DNA of 64,000 nucleotides from Candidatus Gottesmanbacteria bacterium (GTDB lineage Bacteria; Patescibacteriota; Microgenomatia; UBA10105; UBA927): NCBI GenBank assembly GCA_030679255.1, contig JAUXTO010000018.1, positions 2,973 to 66,972 of the forward strand, read 5' to 3'; not shown here. More notes on it, generated by a model (position 1 is the first letter of the stretch). It saw only the letters and a program-made list of their open reading frames with translations, ran no database searches and was not told where the DNA came from.

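Noticed and set aside
3800-64000. All reverse-strand ORFs in the track across this span (e.g. 14668..15516 at 282 aa, 6805..7410 at 201 aa, 23143..23760 at 205 aa, 28324..28944 at 206 aa, 46635..47183 at 182 aa, 33684..34091), and all + strand ORFs in the two other frames.
   Set aside because: They lie antisense to or out of frame with the continuous giant ORF. They have low-complexity or repeat-mirror composition (for example the SSGWFGVVLI shadows of the adapter modules, and the shadows of the intein starts) and no recognisable domains. They are treated as non-coding shadows.
3763-64000. The possibility that the giant ORF is an artefact of an alternative genetic code (UGA reassignment).
   Set aside because: The frame contains none of the three stop triplets, so it is open under the standard code as well as codes 4 and 25. 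No recoding is needed.

Overview
Almost the whole window (nt ~3763 to the window end) is one continuous + strand reading frame of more than 20,000 codons with no stop codon. I found it by reading the sequence, not from the ORF track. The track lists no + strand ORF in the frame with coordinate ≡ 1 (mod 3) after nt ~3600, and every ORF it does list from ~3800 onward is a short out-of-frame or antisense one. The giant ORF encodes an N-terminal membrane anchor, a Thr/Pro/Ser-rich stalk with paired cysteines, a long coiled coil, and Gly-rich hydrophobic segments. Embedded along it is a string of recognisable enzyme and signalling domains:
- a SecA-like ATPase motor
- a PPP-family metallophosphatase
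- a GHKL-like ATPase motif
- a Fic/Doc-like motif
- a J-domain-like HPD motif
- a GNAT acetyltransferase
- an LCP (LytR-CpsA-Psr) domain with its own TM anchor
- an SGNH/GDSL hydrolase
- an FHA domain
- a Hanks-type Ser/Thr kinase

The ORF also contains two paralogous inteins and at least two families of internally repeated adapter modules. It looks like a giant modular polyprotein or effector array.

Upstream is a small island holding a LysM-LysM-M23 peptidase gene, two tRNA-Ala genes (GGC on +, CGC on −), a four-helix-bundle (23S-IVS-like) protein gene, a small membrane-protein ORF, and a partial divergent MerR/excisionase-type HTH gene. Copies of an odd-centred palindrome, CATGAG-W-CTCATG, are scattered through this island, bracket both tRNAs, and overlap the start codons of the LysM gene and the giant gene.

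I cannot assign an organism. The cell-wall theme (LysM/M23, LCP, SGNH) together with four-helix-bundle proteins is compatible with a Gram-positive-type or Patescibacteria-like envelope, but that is inference.
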